A DNA stretch of 64,000 bases from Escherichia phage Andreotti: the sequence record MN850610.1; one strand, 5' to 3'. This document shows, one piece after another, positions 36,404 through 54,477 of this stretch (positions within the stretch are counted from its first letter, which is position 1; each line of letters begins with the position of its first letter). The translations under genes were made by a program, and so were the position numbers. The notes under the pieces were generated by a model. It saw only the letters and a list, made by a program, of their open reading frames with translations. It was not told where the DNA came from and ran no database searches.

Positions 36404-36562
36404 ATGTTCAGTACAGTCATTCTGTTTATACTGGTTGTCTTTGTATTGTCATACGTTGCAAGTAAGCTTTTGGACACATCTTTTGCAATGGGTGTCTTGT
36501 TTACAATCTTTTGTTTCGTGACACATATAGCTATCAGAACTTTTTTTATAAAAAGTTGTTGA
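36404..36562 (+). CDS. small hydrophobic membrane protein (52 aa, not in ORF track)
   Basis: hand-translated MFSTVILFILVVFVLSYVASKLLDTSFAMGVLFTIFCFVTHIAIRTFFIKSC. Confidence 0.3.
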   Translation: MFSTVILFILVVFVLSYVASKLLDTSFAMGVLFTIFCFVTHIAIRTFFIKSC

Positions 36563-36586
36563 CATAGAAAATTTGGTGAGTATACT
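36559..36586 (+). promoter_or_regulatory. sigma70-like promoter TTGACA-N16-TATACT directly upstream of the first repeat array
   Basis: TTGACA at 36559-36564, TATACT at 36581-36586. Confidence 0.45.
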
Positions 36587-36619
36587 GAGCAGCATAAACC
36601 AACGGGTACTCACCAACAT

Positions 36620-36926
36620 CACTTAAGAGTCTTTGAAAAGGGTTTTTTAAGTGATGTGGGGCGAGGCTCGGTGAGGTGGGGTAAGGCATAGTGCGGTGCT
36701 GTTTGGTATGGGTAGTTAGTCTCAGCTACATTAAAATGAGACTTACCTTTTTAAAAGGTCTTTAAACAGGGTCTTTTAATAAGGTTGTGTGATGTGATGT
36801 ATGGTGCTGTGGAGTTTGGTTAGGTCCGGTCAGGTATGGTATGGTGATGTGAGGTATGGGTGGATGGTAGTAGCCACGTTAAAAATCTACCAAGTTTCTA
36901 AAGAGTCTTCTGTTGAGGGTTCTTTA
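36620..36926 (+). repeat. repeat array A: two full modules (hairpin-1, G/T-rich pentamer tract, hairpin-2) plus a terminal hairpin-1 copy
   Basis: hp1 36620-36653 and 36745-36785; GT tracts about 36654-36715 and 36786-36865; hp2 36718-36743 (then T5) and 36866-36891; hp1 variant 36899-36926. Confidence 0.75.
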
Positions 36927-36949
36927 CAAACAACTTAACAATCAACTAA

Positions 36950-37555
<606 letters not shown>

Positions 37556-37557
37556 TT

Positions 37558-37998
37558 ATGAATACAAAAGCATTAGCAGCAAAGTTTAGTTACGGTGACA
37601 CTGTATCACACTCTGAGATGGATACCTTCTTAGGTATTGTGAAGCCAACTTATCAAGGTGACATTGTTAAGTACGAAGATGAAATGAAGGCTTATGCGCT
37701 TACACGTCTAAACCGACTTGAGAAGTTTATTGAGAAGCTTCTTAAAGAAGAGAAGATTTATCTGGTTGCTTCAATGGGTGTTGGTTATCGTGTGGTTGAG
37801 CCTAAGCATCAAGCAACTATTGCAAAACGCAAAATGTCTGGTAAGATTGGTCGTGCTTTAAAGCAAGCCACTCAAGCGATTGAGAATGTGAACACTATGG
37901 CACTTAGCCATCAAGAACGTTCACGACTAATTGAACAGCAAAACCACTTAGCTGCTATGAAAGCTAACATTAACAAGCAACGTAGAAAACCTTTCTAA
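37558..37998 (+). CDS. hypothetical protein (cassette gene 2)
   Basis: 2-nt spacing to gene 1; basic C-terminus; followed by a terminator. Confidence 0.5.
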   Translation: MNTKALAAKFSYGDTVSHSEMDTFLGIVKPTYQGDIVKYEDEMKAYALTRLNRLEKFIEKLLKEEKIYLVASMGVGYRVVEPKHQATIAKRKMSGKIGRALKQATQAIENVNTMALSHQERSRLIEQQNHLAAMKANINKQRRKPF

Positions 37999-38011
37999 GT
38001 TGACTAGGTAG

Positions 38012-38034
38012 CCTCTTCGGAGGCTCCTTTTTAA
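38012..38034 (+). terminator. intrinsic terminator (agcctc-ttcg-gaggct plus T5)
   Basis: GC hairpin with T-run 14 nt after cassette gene 2 stop. Confidence 0.55.
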
Positions 38035-38420
38035 AAGGTCTTTAAACAGGGTCTTTTAATAAGGTATTGTTCGGTGTTGTATGGTAGGGTCTGGTCCGGC
38101 AGGGTCTGGTTCGGTCCGGTAGGGTCTGGTATGGGTAGTTAATCGGAGCTACATAAAAATTCGATTACATCACTTAAGAGTCTTTTAAGAGGGTTTTTAA
38201 GTGAGGTGTGGCACGGTAATGCTAGGTAGGGTCAGGTCAGGTCAGGTGAGGTAAGGTGTGGGTAGTTAGTCTCAGCTACATTAAAATGAGACTTACCTTT
38301 TTAAAAGGTCTTTAAGAGGGTCTTTTAATAAGGTATTGTATGGTGTAGTTTGGTTAGGTATGGTTGGGTGTGGTAAGGTAGGGTATGGAAGGATGGCAGT
38401 AGCCTTATAAAAAATCTGCC
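38028..38420 (+). repeat. repeat array B: three modules (hairpin-1, G/T-rich pentamer tract, hairpin-2)
   Basis: hp1 38028-38067, 38173-38205, 38297-38336; GT tracts 38068-38140, 38206-38267, 38337-38394; hp2 38142-38169, 38270-38295 (then T5), 38395-38420. Confidence 0.75.
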
Positions 38421-38439
38421 AAATAAGCTATAAAATCTG

Positions 38440-38474
38440 TTGACAAGTCAGGTGTTATAGCTTATTTTTATACT
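38440..38474 (+). promoter_or_regulatory. possible promoter (TTGACA with weak -10 TATTTT at 17 nt, TATACT further on)
   Basis: TTGACA 38440-38445; imperfect spacing to the better -10. Confidence 0.25.
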
Positions 38475-38512
38475 CAATGTAATACAAAATTTAATATAAC
38501 TTTGAGGTCATT

Positions 38513-38896
38513 ATGAAAAAGGTTTTATTAGCTGCTGCAATGGTTATGGCAATGAATTTACCAGTTAATGCAACAGAACTTCCAAATGTGGACTTATCAG
38601 GTGTTCCAGAAGACACTTGCCAGATTGTTAAAGGTGTTGCTCTAGCTAATGGTGAGTTACTTAAACCAATCTCTGAAGAGTCTTTAACAGAGATGACTGA
38701 TAAGGTAACTGACTATCAGTATCGTGTTCTTGCAGAGTATTTCCTACAATCTGCAAATATTAAAGAGAAGCACCCTGATGATATTGATGTACAGGCTATG
38801 CTCAATCATCGTATTCAGTTTAAAGAAGACTTGATGCAAAAAGCTATGTATGGTGTTGAGTATTTCTTAGAAAACAGAAGCTGCACAGGTATTTGA
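38513..38896 (+). CDS. secreted/periplasmic protein of unknown function
   Basis: signal peptide MKKVLLAAAMVMAMNLPVNA. Confidence 0.5.
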   Translation: MKKVLLAAAMVMAMNLPVNATELPNVDLSGVPEDTCQIVKGVALANGELLKPISEESLTEMTDKVTDYQYRVLAEYFLQSANIKEKHPDDIDVQAMLNHRIQFKEDLMQKAMYGVEYFLENRSCTGI

Positions 38897-38897
38897 T

Positions 38898-39110
38898 ATG
38901 GCTCTTAAAAAGTTACATCCCAGAAGCGGTTATGGTAAGATAATTGACGATACAGACGGCTTTACAGTCTTTACAGTCATCTGTCAAGATGATTCACAGA
39001 TTGAAAAGGTTCTTGATGATTATCTTAATGATGAACGTGAAAAGGTTAGAGCTACAAACATAGATTCATTGCTTGACACTTCACGCAAACGGAAGAAGAA
39101 AGATGAATGA
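38898..39110 (+). CDS. hypothetical small protein
   Basis: co-directional ORF. Confidence 0.4.
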   Translation: MALKKLHPRSGYGKIIDDTDGFTVFTVICQDDSQIEKVLDDYLNDEREKVRATNIDSLLDTSRKRKKKDE

Positions 39111-39402
39111 GGTTTTTGACCCTTATGCCCCACAAGATGATTGGGAGGCTGATAGAGAGGCTGAAATGGAGAGTTATATTTGTCCAATGGATGTAGACGA
39201 AATGAGAGACTTCGTTGCACATCGTTTTAAGAGAGAGATTAAATCCAGAGGTCTTTCTCAAGAGCAAGTTGCTAAAATTTGTGGTATCTCTCAGGCTCGT
39301 GTATCCAACATAATCCATCTCACTGGTAACGTCTCCCTTGAGTATATGTTGGAAGTATGTGAAAAATTTGGTGTTAATTTCAATTTAAGGTTGGCAGATT
39401 AA
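39103..39402 (+). CDS. helix-turn-helix DNA-binding protein
   Basis: HTH-like segment LSQEQVAKICGISQARVSNIIH; start set to ATG 39103. Confidence 0.45.
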   Translation: MNEVFDPYAPQDDWEADREAEMESYICPMDVDEMRDFVAHRFKREIKSRGLSQEQVAKICGISQARVSNIIHLTGNVSLEYMLEVCEKFGVNFNLRLAD

Positions 39403-39403
39403 T

Positions 39404-39763
39404 ATGAAACGTGAAAACATTATCCACTCTGAAAACTTCGCATTAGGCTTTTATGGCGTACCAACTCACCTTGAAAAGTATTATGGTGTGAAGATTCTCT
39501 CCAATCTCATTATGGCTTACAAAGATGGTAAGATTAAGCACACTGAGAAGAAACGTGTCATGGGCTATATGGCTGTAGGTTCAGCAATCTCGAACATTAA
39601 GCTGGAAACCACTAGCAGTCAGATTGTAAAAGACCACTTCATCAAAGAGCTTTACCAGAATCTTGATGGTGTAGATGTTCAGGCTGTTTGGTTGGATGTT
39701 GATGGTCATAATTACACAAGTTTTGTTTTCAAAAACGATGACATTAAGTGTTTGTTCCCATAA
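39404..39763 (+). CDS. hypothetical protein
   Basis: co-directional ORF. Confidence 0.45.
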   Translation: MKRENIIHSENFALGFYGVPTHLEKYYGVKILSNLIMAYKDGKIKHTEKKRVMGYMAVGSAISNIKLETTSSQIVKDHFIKELYQNLDGVDVQAVWLDVDGHNYTSFVFKNDDIKCLFP

Positions 39764-39776
39764 TAGGTGATTAACT

Positions 39777-40292
39777 ATGATTGATATCTTCTTACAAGAT
39801 GCTCATGCAGACTTCCTTAAAGAGATGCTTAAAAAGTTTATGGCTTCACAGTATGAGAATGAAGCATCTTTTAAAATAGTTACATGTGGCGACGAAGCTG
39901 GTTTTGTTGAGATTGAACATGAAGGTACTGGAAAGACTGTTTGTAAGCTACCTGATAGCATGTTCTCTAAAACGTTCTTAACAAAGACTAGTATAAATGT
40001 TAAGCTTGTTCCTCAGATTGAAACATACTCTGGTACAGATTACCCTAAAGGCTTCAAGTCACTGATGAAACACTTCTTAGATGACTTTGTGAGTAATCTT
40101 CTAAGTGAGGTAACAGAAAGCCGTACAATATTAACTGTAGAGAATCTAGGGAACACTATCAGGGTTACTTCTGACCGATATTCTATGAGTCTCTTCGACT
40201 TTGTACCTAAGAACTTTGATGGTATTCTGGATGAAGAAGATGACTGTGTAGACTTTATATTGGTTCTTGAACCAGTTTTTGAGGTTAAATAG
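39777..40292 (+). CDS. hypothetical protein
   Basis: co-directional ORF. Confidence 0.45.
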   Translation: MIDIFLQDAHADFLKEMLKKFMASQYENEASFKIVTCGDEAGFVEIEHEGTGKTVCKLPDSMFSKTFLTKTSINVKLVPQIETYSGTDYPKGFKSLMKHFLDDFVSNLLSEVTESRTILTVENLGNTIRVTSDRYSMSLFDFVPKNFDGILDEEDDCVDFILVLEPVFEVK

Positions 40293-40553
40293 ATGAAAAT
40301 TGAACACTGCTATGAGTCTGATGGAACACCTATCCGTTGTCCACATTGTGGGTGTACAGACTTACAAGGCGAGGTAAGTGAAATAGTCAACGGTCATATT
40401 GCTGAAGAAAGTACCCGATGCACAGTGTGTAATGAAATTATCGCTTTCTGGGCTTATGGTTCATACCAACCCTCTCCACATTTTATCTACCATCGTAGTA
40501 AAGTTGTGAAGAGTGTCATCAACTGGTTCATTAAGAAAGGGTTTACAAAATGA
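40293..40553 (+). CDS. small zinc-ribbon protein
   Basis: CPHCGC...CTVCN motifs. Confidence 0.45.
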   Translation: MKIEHCYESDGTPIRCPHCGCTDLQGEVSEIVNGHIAEESTRCTVCNEIIAFWAYGSYQPSPHFIYHRSKVVKSVINWFIKKGFTK

Positions 40554-41095
40554 TTAAACTAATATTTGCAAGTGGTGAAAACGGTGAATTTGGTACTCCA
40601 ACTGGTATGCCGTGGCCTCGACATAAACAGGACATGCAAGAGTTTAAGAGACTCACTAAAAATAACTTAGTAGTCATGGGTAATGAGACTTTTAAGACTC
40701 TGGGTAGTAAACCTTTACCAGAACGTTCAAACCTCATCTTAACAAATTCTGTACCATACTTAGGCATAGACTTTGGCAAAGATGATGTAATGTATGCTAA
40801 AGCCAGTAAAGAGTCATTTGGAGCATTTTTGAAGTATCTTGATAGCTCTATTGATGAAGATGTCTTTGTAATTGGTGGTGCAGGTGTTCTTGTCGATGCT
40901 TTGCCGTATGCTGGTGTAGTTTTCCATACAGTTTTCCATAAAGTCACTGAAGAGGCCACTGTGTATTTACCTTTTGAAAACTTCTTCGATAAACTGTATG
41001 ATAACCGTGTATTTGCAAAGGTGCAGTCAAGACCCTCAGATGATGGTAAAGCAACCTTTGAGATTTATGTTCCACAAGTAAAAGGACACTTTTGA
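40550..41095 (+). CDS. frd: dihydrofolate reductase
   Basis: MIKLIFASGENGEFGTPTGMPW...VVMGNETFKTLG...LPERSNLILT matches the DHFR N-terminal pattern. Confidence 0.75.
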   Translation: MIKLIFASGENGEFGTPTGMPWPRHKQDMQEFKRLTKNNLVVMGNETFKTLGSKPLPERSNLILTNSVPYLGIDFGKDDVMYAKASKESFGAFLKYLDSSIDEDVFVIGGAGVLVDALPYAGVVFHTVFHKVTEEATVYLPFENFFDKLYDNRVFAKVQSRPSDDGKATFEIYVPQVKGHF

Positions 41096-41096
41096 T

Positions 41097-41996
41097 ATGT
41101 CACAAGCTGATTTGAGTTACAAAAATATCCTGAACCATGTTCTATCTGTTGGTGAACTGCGTACTACACGAACTGGGGATGTTATCTCTGCATTTGCTCC
41201 ACCACAGTTTCGTTTTGATATGCGTACTGGTTTCCCACTCTTAACATCTAAACAGGTGTTTACACGGCAAGTTATTGGGGAAGCTTTATGGTTCCTGAAT
41301 GGTGAGAATAAACTTGGCGAACTCCGTTACCGTACTTGGGGTGAAAATGATGGGGAACGCTGGACTATCTGGTCAGATGATTTTAAACGCTGGTTAAGCT
41401 CTAACTATTCTTCTGAGCAAGACTGGTTAGAAGATGCAGGTGGGAGAATCTACGGGGTTCAGTGGAGAAACTTTGAAGGTCATAACGGTTGTGTTGTAGA
41501 CCAGTTAGAGACCTTAGTAACGAAGATGAAAGGTGATATCACAGACCGTTACATGCTTGTTAATGCTTGGAATGCAGCAGATATTGCAGCTAACTCAATG
41601 GCTTTAGCACCTTGTCATGTTCTGTTTCAGATTTATATCACTAACGAAGGTGAGGTTGACTTACAATGGTATCAACGTTCTGTAGACACCTTTTTAGGTC
41701 TTCCATTTAACATTGCATCTTATGGTTTTATTCTGGAAGTACTTTGCAAGATGACTGGATATACTCCACGGTACTTGATAGGTGTCTTTGGGGATACTCA
41801 GATTTATCAGAACCATATGAAGCAGGTTTATGAACTGATGAACAATGAAGAGTTCCATGCACCAACTTTTGAGATTGGTCTACAACTTAATACTTTAAGT
41901 GACCTGAAACATCTTACTGCAAGTGACTTTATCGGTGGAATTAGTAACTACCAACATGCAGGAAAGATTGAAGCACCTTTGTCAGTAGGTAAGTAG
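41097..41996 (+). CDS. thyA: thymidylate synthase
   Basis: active-site region ALAPCHVLFQIYI (catalytic Cys). Confidence 0.8.
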   Translation: MSQADLSYKNILNHVLSVGELRTTRTGDVISAFAPPQFRFDMRTGFPLLTSKQVFTRQVIGEALWFLNGENKLGELRYRTWGENDGERWTIWSDDFKRWLSSNYSSEQDWLEDAGGRIYGVQWRNFEGHNGCVVDQLETLVTKMKGDITDRYMLVNAWNAADIAANSMALAPCHVLFQIYITNEGEVDLQWYQRSVDTFLGLPFNIASYGFILEVLCKMTGYTPRYLIGVFGDTQIYQNHMKQVYELMNNEEFHAPTFEIGLQLNTLSDLKHLTASDFIGGISNYQHAGKIEAPLSVGK

Positions 41997-42000
41997 AAAC

Positions 42001-42028
42001 AAAAAAGGCTCCCGTAAAAAGGAGCCTT
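42001..42028. terminator. terminator between convergent thyA and minus-strand block (hairpin ggctcc-cgtaaaaa-ggagcc)
   Basis: A6 before and T-rich stretch after the hairpin; strongest for the minus-strand transcript. Confidence 0.5.
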
Positions 42029-42034
42029 AAAATT

Positions 42035-42406
42035 TTATTTTTCAGTATTCTTTGTGTTCTTCTCAGTAATAGCTTGGAGGGCTGATACTGATTGAGCCAG
42101 ATTATTTACACTGTCAGAGAATTTATCAAGAGTTTTGGTAAGTTTTGCGTTTTCACCCTTAACATTCTCTAACTGAACTTTCTGGTTCTCCATCCCTAGC
42201 TGAATCAGTCTCATGTCAGACTGTAAATCACGAATAGCTGAATAGTTACTTTTGGAATAATTATCTAGCTGCTGTAACTTTGTTGTGACAGACACTTCTT
42301 GCTTACCACTTGAAACTTGCATAGTGGTATACATCCCAATAACACTAAAAATACCAACAACAATTACACCAATATTGTTTTTAAAAGCTTCCTCTAGCCA
42401 CTTCAT
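42035..42406 (-). CDS. membrane-anchored coiled-coil protein
   Basis: N-terminal TM IGVIVVGIFSVIGMY then helical region. Confidence 0.4.
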   Translation of the reverse strand: MKWLEEAFKNNIGVIVVGIFSVIGMYTTMQVSSGKQEVSVTTKLQQLDNYSKSNYSAIRDLQSDMRLIQLGMENQKVQLENVKGENAKLTKTLDKFSDSVNNLAQSVSALQAITEKNTKNTEK

Positions 42407-42600
42407 TTATTCTCCCCCTTAAAAGCTTTTTCTAAGTTATCTACGAACTCATCATCAATAGGTGTGTCTGTTTTACTCGCAAGATATCTTGCAAGCCTAA
42501 AGAACACTTTCTCAATCATGTATTCACTTAGAAGGGATAAAATGAGTTTCCAGAAGAAGCTACCTAGATTTTTTAGAAGAATTGCTAGGATTGTAGGCAT
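42403..42600 (-). CDS. small hydrophobic protein (holin-like or tail-fibre associated)
   Basis: PTILAILLKNLGSFFWKLILSLL hydrophobic segment, 65 aa. Confidence 0.35.
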   Translation of the reverse strand: MPTILAILLKNLGSFFWKLILSLLSEYMIEKVFFRLARYLASKTDTPIDDEFVDNLEKAFKGENK

Positions 42601-42679
42601 TTAATCACCTCATCAGCCAAGATGGTGAGAATACCCATAAAGAATATTAACACCATCTTAACAATCAGTCAACAAGGGA

Positions 42680-45022
42680 TTAAGCAGTTCTCACCCAAGC
42701 CATTAACTTGTAGAACTGGTTAGTAACACTAAATGCTGAACCAGAACCTGTACCACCAGTGTTACCACTTACTGTATGACTGTGAGCACCAATACCAACA
42801 CTGTGAGCATGGTTACCAGCAGAAGCGGCAGTACCACTTACGGAGTGGGTGTGAGCACCGTTAGCATCGGTGTAACCCGGTCCTACACCAATACTACCAC
42901 CACCACCACCAGAGTAGTGTGTAGAGTTCTGACCAATCCACGAAATGGAATGGTTGTGGTTACCAGCAGATGAAGTAGAGCCACTTACAGAGTGAGTGTG
43001 AGCACCAGTCGTGTTAGTGTTTTTTGTTCCGTAGTCAAACGATGAGGTAGTCGCAGAAAAACTGTGCGTGTGCGAAGGTAAGTTACCAACAGCTAACGTT
43101 ACAGAATCTGAACCACCAGTTGTAGCAACATCTGAACCATTTGCTGCTGCAATTCTAATAGTCCTACCAACACCATTCTTCAGATACGTCCAAGTTAGGC
43201 CAGGCAGTGCTGTATTAGGGTTAACATTACTGTTAAACCACGTCACAATACCTACTGGATAGATTTTATTCAGGTCTGTAGAGTCACTAATTGCTTCTGC
43301 AATCTTCTGGTCAGTTTCAGCTTTAGTGTATGCACCAATCTCTGAAGGGGTAGGTTTCTGAGCTTCAGTGTAAACCTTAGACCATTCAACCTCAAAGCCA
43401 AGTGTGTCTCTGGCTGACCTGTACCACATCCCACCATTTTTCGATTCAAATCTTAATTGTGCAGATGGTGTTAGGGCTTTCGCATTAGAGGCCATGTGCA
43501 AGACTAAACGGTTTTGCCCACTAGATTTTGTCTCAAGATAGATTCCTGATGGTTGGTCCCAAGCCACACCACCAGCAGCCTCGGTCTTCGAAGCTCTGAA
43601 TGCTGACCAGAAATACTTTGAATCGGCTTTGTCTTTACCGTAATACCTTGCATCAAAGTTTGTGAAGTTGCTAGGTTGTACTTGACCACCAATTACTAAG
43701 TTTGCATTAATTGATACTTCGGAACCAATGCTTAGTCTTTTACCAGTTTTATAGTTATACAACCTAACAGTGTCACTGCCGTCGTCATCATTGCCAACAT
43801 ACCACCTATTCGTTCCATCATAATCCTTACCCATAATGTAAAGTTCGGAGGTTGATTTTCCTTGTAACACGAGAGCTTCACCATTAGTGTTAATAACCTG
43901 CTTTGCAGTGAACGTGTTACTTCCATTAGTTCTTGCAATTGTACTTAATGTTGCTGCTGGAATGTATCTAGAGTCAATGTTAGCCCAATCTGAAGGCTGA
44001 ACTTGACCAGTGATTTTCACAGTCTTAGTAGTGGTAATCACATTTGACAAAGAGATAGTTGTACTCGTGGTGTAGTTATGTAGGTTGACTACAGAATCAG
44101 AGTTATCAGTCCCTAAGTAGAACTTGTTTGTCCCATCAGCCTTCTGCCCCAGCAAGTATAGTCCAGTTGCAGCAGTGGCATTCTTAATGACTAGTACAGC
44201 GTTATCTCTGGTGATATTGAACTCTCCTACAAAATTGTTAATACCCCTGAAGGTGTTATTGCCAACTAGCTGTGCAAATCTCTGATTAGCTGCTGTCTGT
44301 GTGAAGTATCTTGCATCCAAGTTAGAGAAGTCAGAAGGTTGCACTTGACCATTGATTGATAAAGACCTATTAAAAGAAGCAGCCGTGCCTAGAGTGAGGA
44401 TGGAACCTAGTTTACTCTCGATTTGAACATCAAGACTACCCCTAATCAGGTTCCCAATAGCCCAAGTTTTTTCATTACTTGCATCCCTACCTACAATAGC
44501 AGAGTATGCTCTATCCCCACTCACAGGAGACCTTAGTGTTAACTGTTCCCCATTTGCTACAATTGTCTGTCTAGAGTTAAATGTGTTTGTAACAGCCAAC
44601 CTTGCATATCTTGCGTCATTCTCTTCATTAGTTCTCATCCCAAGTTCATTAGGGCTTGGCTTATTCAGAGTATGATAAACAGTTGCAGACCTTGAAGCAT
44701 CTGCAATAGTTAGTTTAAGACCGTTTGCATTGATTTTAAAAGCCTTTAAAACATCCCCCATAGTAATCTCAGAAGAGTCTGTAGGGTCAAATACTGCCTT
44801 ACCACCATAAAGTAACTTGACAATTCCTAAGTCACCCGTCATAGTGCTACCAGCAATCTGAACAAATCTTTCTAGTTTAAAAGACGCTAAGAAGTCTTGA
44901 TAGGTCATTCGACGGTCTTCATCACCTAACATTTCAGGTCTCTTTTTAACCCTGACATGGAGAAGGTCGTCTGAACGGATTGTGTCGATTGAGTTTAATT
45001 CACTCAACTTGTAATCTGCCAT
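42680..45022 (-). CDS. tail fibre protein with C-terminal His-rich HxH repeats
   Basis: 780 aa at distal end of tail module; AHTHSVSG, NHNHS, NHAHSVGIGAHSHTVSG repeats; C-terminal region similar to 45069-46217. Confidence 0.6.
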   Translation of the reverse strand: MADYKLSELNSIDTIRSDDLLHVRVKKRPEMLGDEDRRMTYQDFLASFKLERFVQIAGSTMTGDLGIVKLLYGGKAVFDPTDSSEITMGDVLKAFKINANGLKLTIADASRSATVYHTLNKPSPNELGMRTNEENDARYARLAVTNTFNSRQTIVANGEQLTLRSPVSGDRAYSAIVGRDASNEKTWAIGNLIRGSLDVQIESKLGSILTLGTAASFNRSLSINGQVQPSDFSNLDARYFTQTAANQRFAQLVGNNTFRGINNFVGEFNITRDNAVLVIKNATAATGLYLLGQKADGTNKFYLGTDNSDSVVNLHNYTTSTTISLSNVITTTKTVKITGQVQPSDWANIDSRYIPAATLSTIARTNGSNTFTAKQVINTNGEALVLQGKSTSELYIMGKDYDGTNRWYVGNDDDGSDTVRLYNYKTGKRLSIGSEVSINANLVIGGQVQPSNFTNFDARYYGKDKADSKYFWSAFRASKTEAAGGVAWDQPSGIYLETKSSGQNRLVLHMASNAKALTPSAQLRFESKNGGMWYRSARDTLGFEVEWSKVYTEAQKPTPSEIGAYTKAETDQKIAEAISDSTDLNKIYPVGIVTWFNSNVNPNTALPGLTWTYLKNGVGRTIRIAAANGSDVATTGGSDSVTLAVGNLPSHTHSFSATTSSFDYGTKNTNTTGAHTHSVSGSTSSAGNHNHSISWIGQNSTHYSGGGGGSIGVGPGYTDANGAHTHSVSGTAASAGNHAHSVGIGAHSHTVSGNTGGTGSGSAFSVTNQFYKLMAWVRTA

Positions 45023-45041
45023 TATAAATTTTCCTCTTAAA

Positions 45042-45059
45042 AGGGGCTATACAGCCCCT
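45042..45059 (-). promoter_or_regulatory. conserved intercistronic stem-loop AGGGGCT-N4-AGCCCCT between the two tail-fibre genes
   Basis: perfect inverted repeat about 20 nt upstream of the 42680-45022 start codon. Confidence 0.45.
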
Positions 45060-45068
45060 GTAAAGAAA

Positions 45069-46217
45069 TTAAGCTGTTCTCTGCCATACATACAATACGA
45101 AGGATGGCTGTTCAACACTAAATGCTTGACCAGAACCAGTTGGACCAGTTGTGCCAGAGTGCGAATGCTCACCTGCTCCGGTTACTGTTACTGTTGCTGA
45201 GTGGCTGTGGGAACCAATTGCAACAGAATGGCTGTGAGCACCAATACCAACCGTATGATTATGCGCACCAATTGCTACAGAGTGAGTGTGGTTGTTAGCT
45301 GTTGTCAACGTAGCTCTTGGGTCATAGCTTGCCCCCTCAACCGATAAACCTCTCCAGCCACCATCAGCATAGCCACGGTTAATGAATGTTGTTTGTGTTA
45401 AGCCAGCGGCACTTGTTGTTCTGTTGCCATAGTCGTAAGTAGATACGGTCTTGGTTCCGTAGTCAAACGTTGTAGTCCCTTTAGTGCCATAATCAAAAGC
45501 ACTGATAGAGGACGTTGCACCATGAGTGTGACCGCCACCAGTGACATACACTGAGTGGGTATGTGCAGGGATGTTATTAACCGTCAATGCAGTAGTCTGT
45601 GAACCAAACGTTGAACCAACTGGCCTAGAAGCACTATCATAACCTACAAGTGCTCTTCCTTTTGAAACTAACTCCCAAGTGCCTCCACAAATTAAATATG
45701 TAGAAGGGTTTGCAGGATTCATAGAGAGATGGATAGTACCTACTGGATAAGAAGCCTGAACAGCCTTGTACAAGTTATTTACTGCTCTTGCTGTAGCATA
45801 CTTATCTGCATCCTCGTTATAAAGGTTAGATGTCACCCAGTTCTGAACATTACTTAACCCAACCTGTGCCTTAGTGGTATTGTGTGGGTTGCTCTTATCA
45901 TCAATATGTTGTTGAATAAGATTATTAACCTCTTCTGAAGACATAATCTGTAGATTTGCTCTTGCCTCAGCTACATTAACAATGTCTGATAAGTTATTTT
46001 CAGCAACTAACTGGAGAGCATTAATAACGTTATCTAAACCAATTTGTGTCTTAGTAACACCATGAGGGTTATTTCTTAGGCTTGAGTGTGGAGCAAGTAA
46101 TTGCTCAAGAGTGCATCTCTTATCCTCGATACCCTGTTTAAGATGGAAGATATCACTAAGGTCAATTGGTAAGGCTGCTTGAGGCAAGGCACTAATTTGA
46201 ATTTCACCTACTGCCAT
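45069..46217 (-). CDS. tail fibre protein paralog with His-rich HxH repeats
   Basis: AHTHSV, NHTHSVAIGAHNHTVGIGAHSHSVAIGSHSHS; C-terminus GSGQAFSVEQ...WQRTA parallels GSGSAFSVTNQ...WVRTA. Confidence 0.6.
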   Translation of the reverse strand: MAVGEIQISALPQAALPIDLSDIFHLKQGIEDKRCTLEQLLAPHSSLRNNPHGVTKTQIGLDNVINALQLVAENNLSDIVNVAEARANLQIMSSEEVNNLIQQHIDDKSNPHNTTKAQVGLSNVQNWVTSNLYNEDADKYATARAVNNLYKAVQASYPVGTIHLSMNPANPSTYLICGGTWELVSKGRALVGYDSASRPVGSTFGSQTTALTVNNIPAHTHSVYVTGGGHTHGATSSISAFDYGTKGTTTFDYGTKTVSTYDYGNRTTSAAGLTQTTFINRGYADGGWRGLSVEGASYDPRATLTTANNHTHSVAIGAHNHTVGIGAHSHSVAIGSHSHSATVTVTGAGEHSHSGTTGPTGSGQAFSVEQPSFVLYVWQRTA

Positions 46218-46219
46218 TA

Positions 46220-54235
<8,016 letters not shown>

Positions 54236-54236
<1 letters not shown>

Positions 54237-54475
54237 TACATTTTTCCTGCTCTTCTAAGTTCGTTGTAAGCAATTTCCTCTTTATACGACCTCTGAATTT
54301 CAAGAAATTGTCTCAATGATAATAAATCAGAGAATGTCATAGCAAAGAGTTGGTCAAGTGTTTCTTTACACCCTTCCATACCATAAATAGCAAGCACAAA
54401 TTTCATCTCGTCTGCTTCTTCATAGGTTGCCTCTACAGCAGCATCAGTTAGTGGTGTCTGTAGAGTGTTACCCAT
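54236..54475 (-). CDS. tail assembly chaperone, frameshift-extension (T-like) part; frame open upstream to about 54556
   Basis: ORF in -1 frame relative to 54478-54876, overlapping its last ~26 codons. Confidence 0.45.
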
Positions 54476-54477
54476 GT

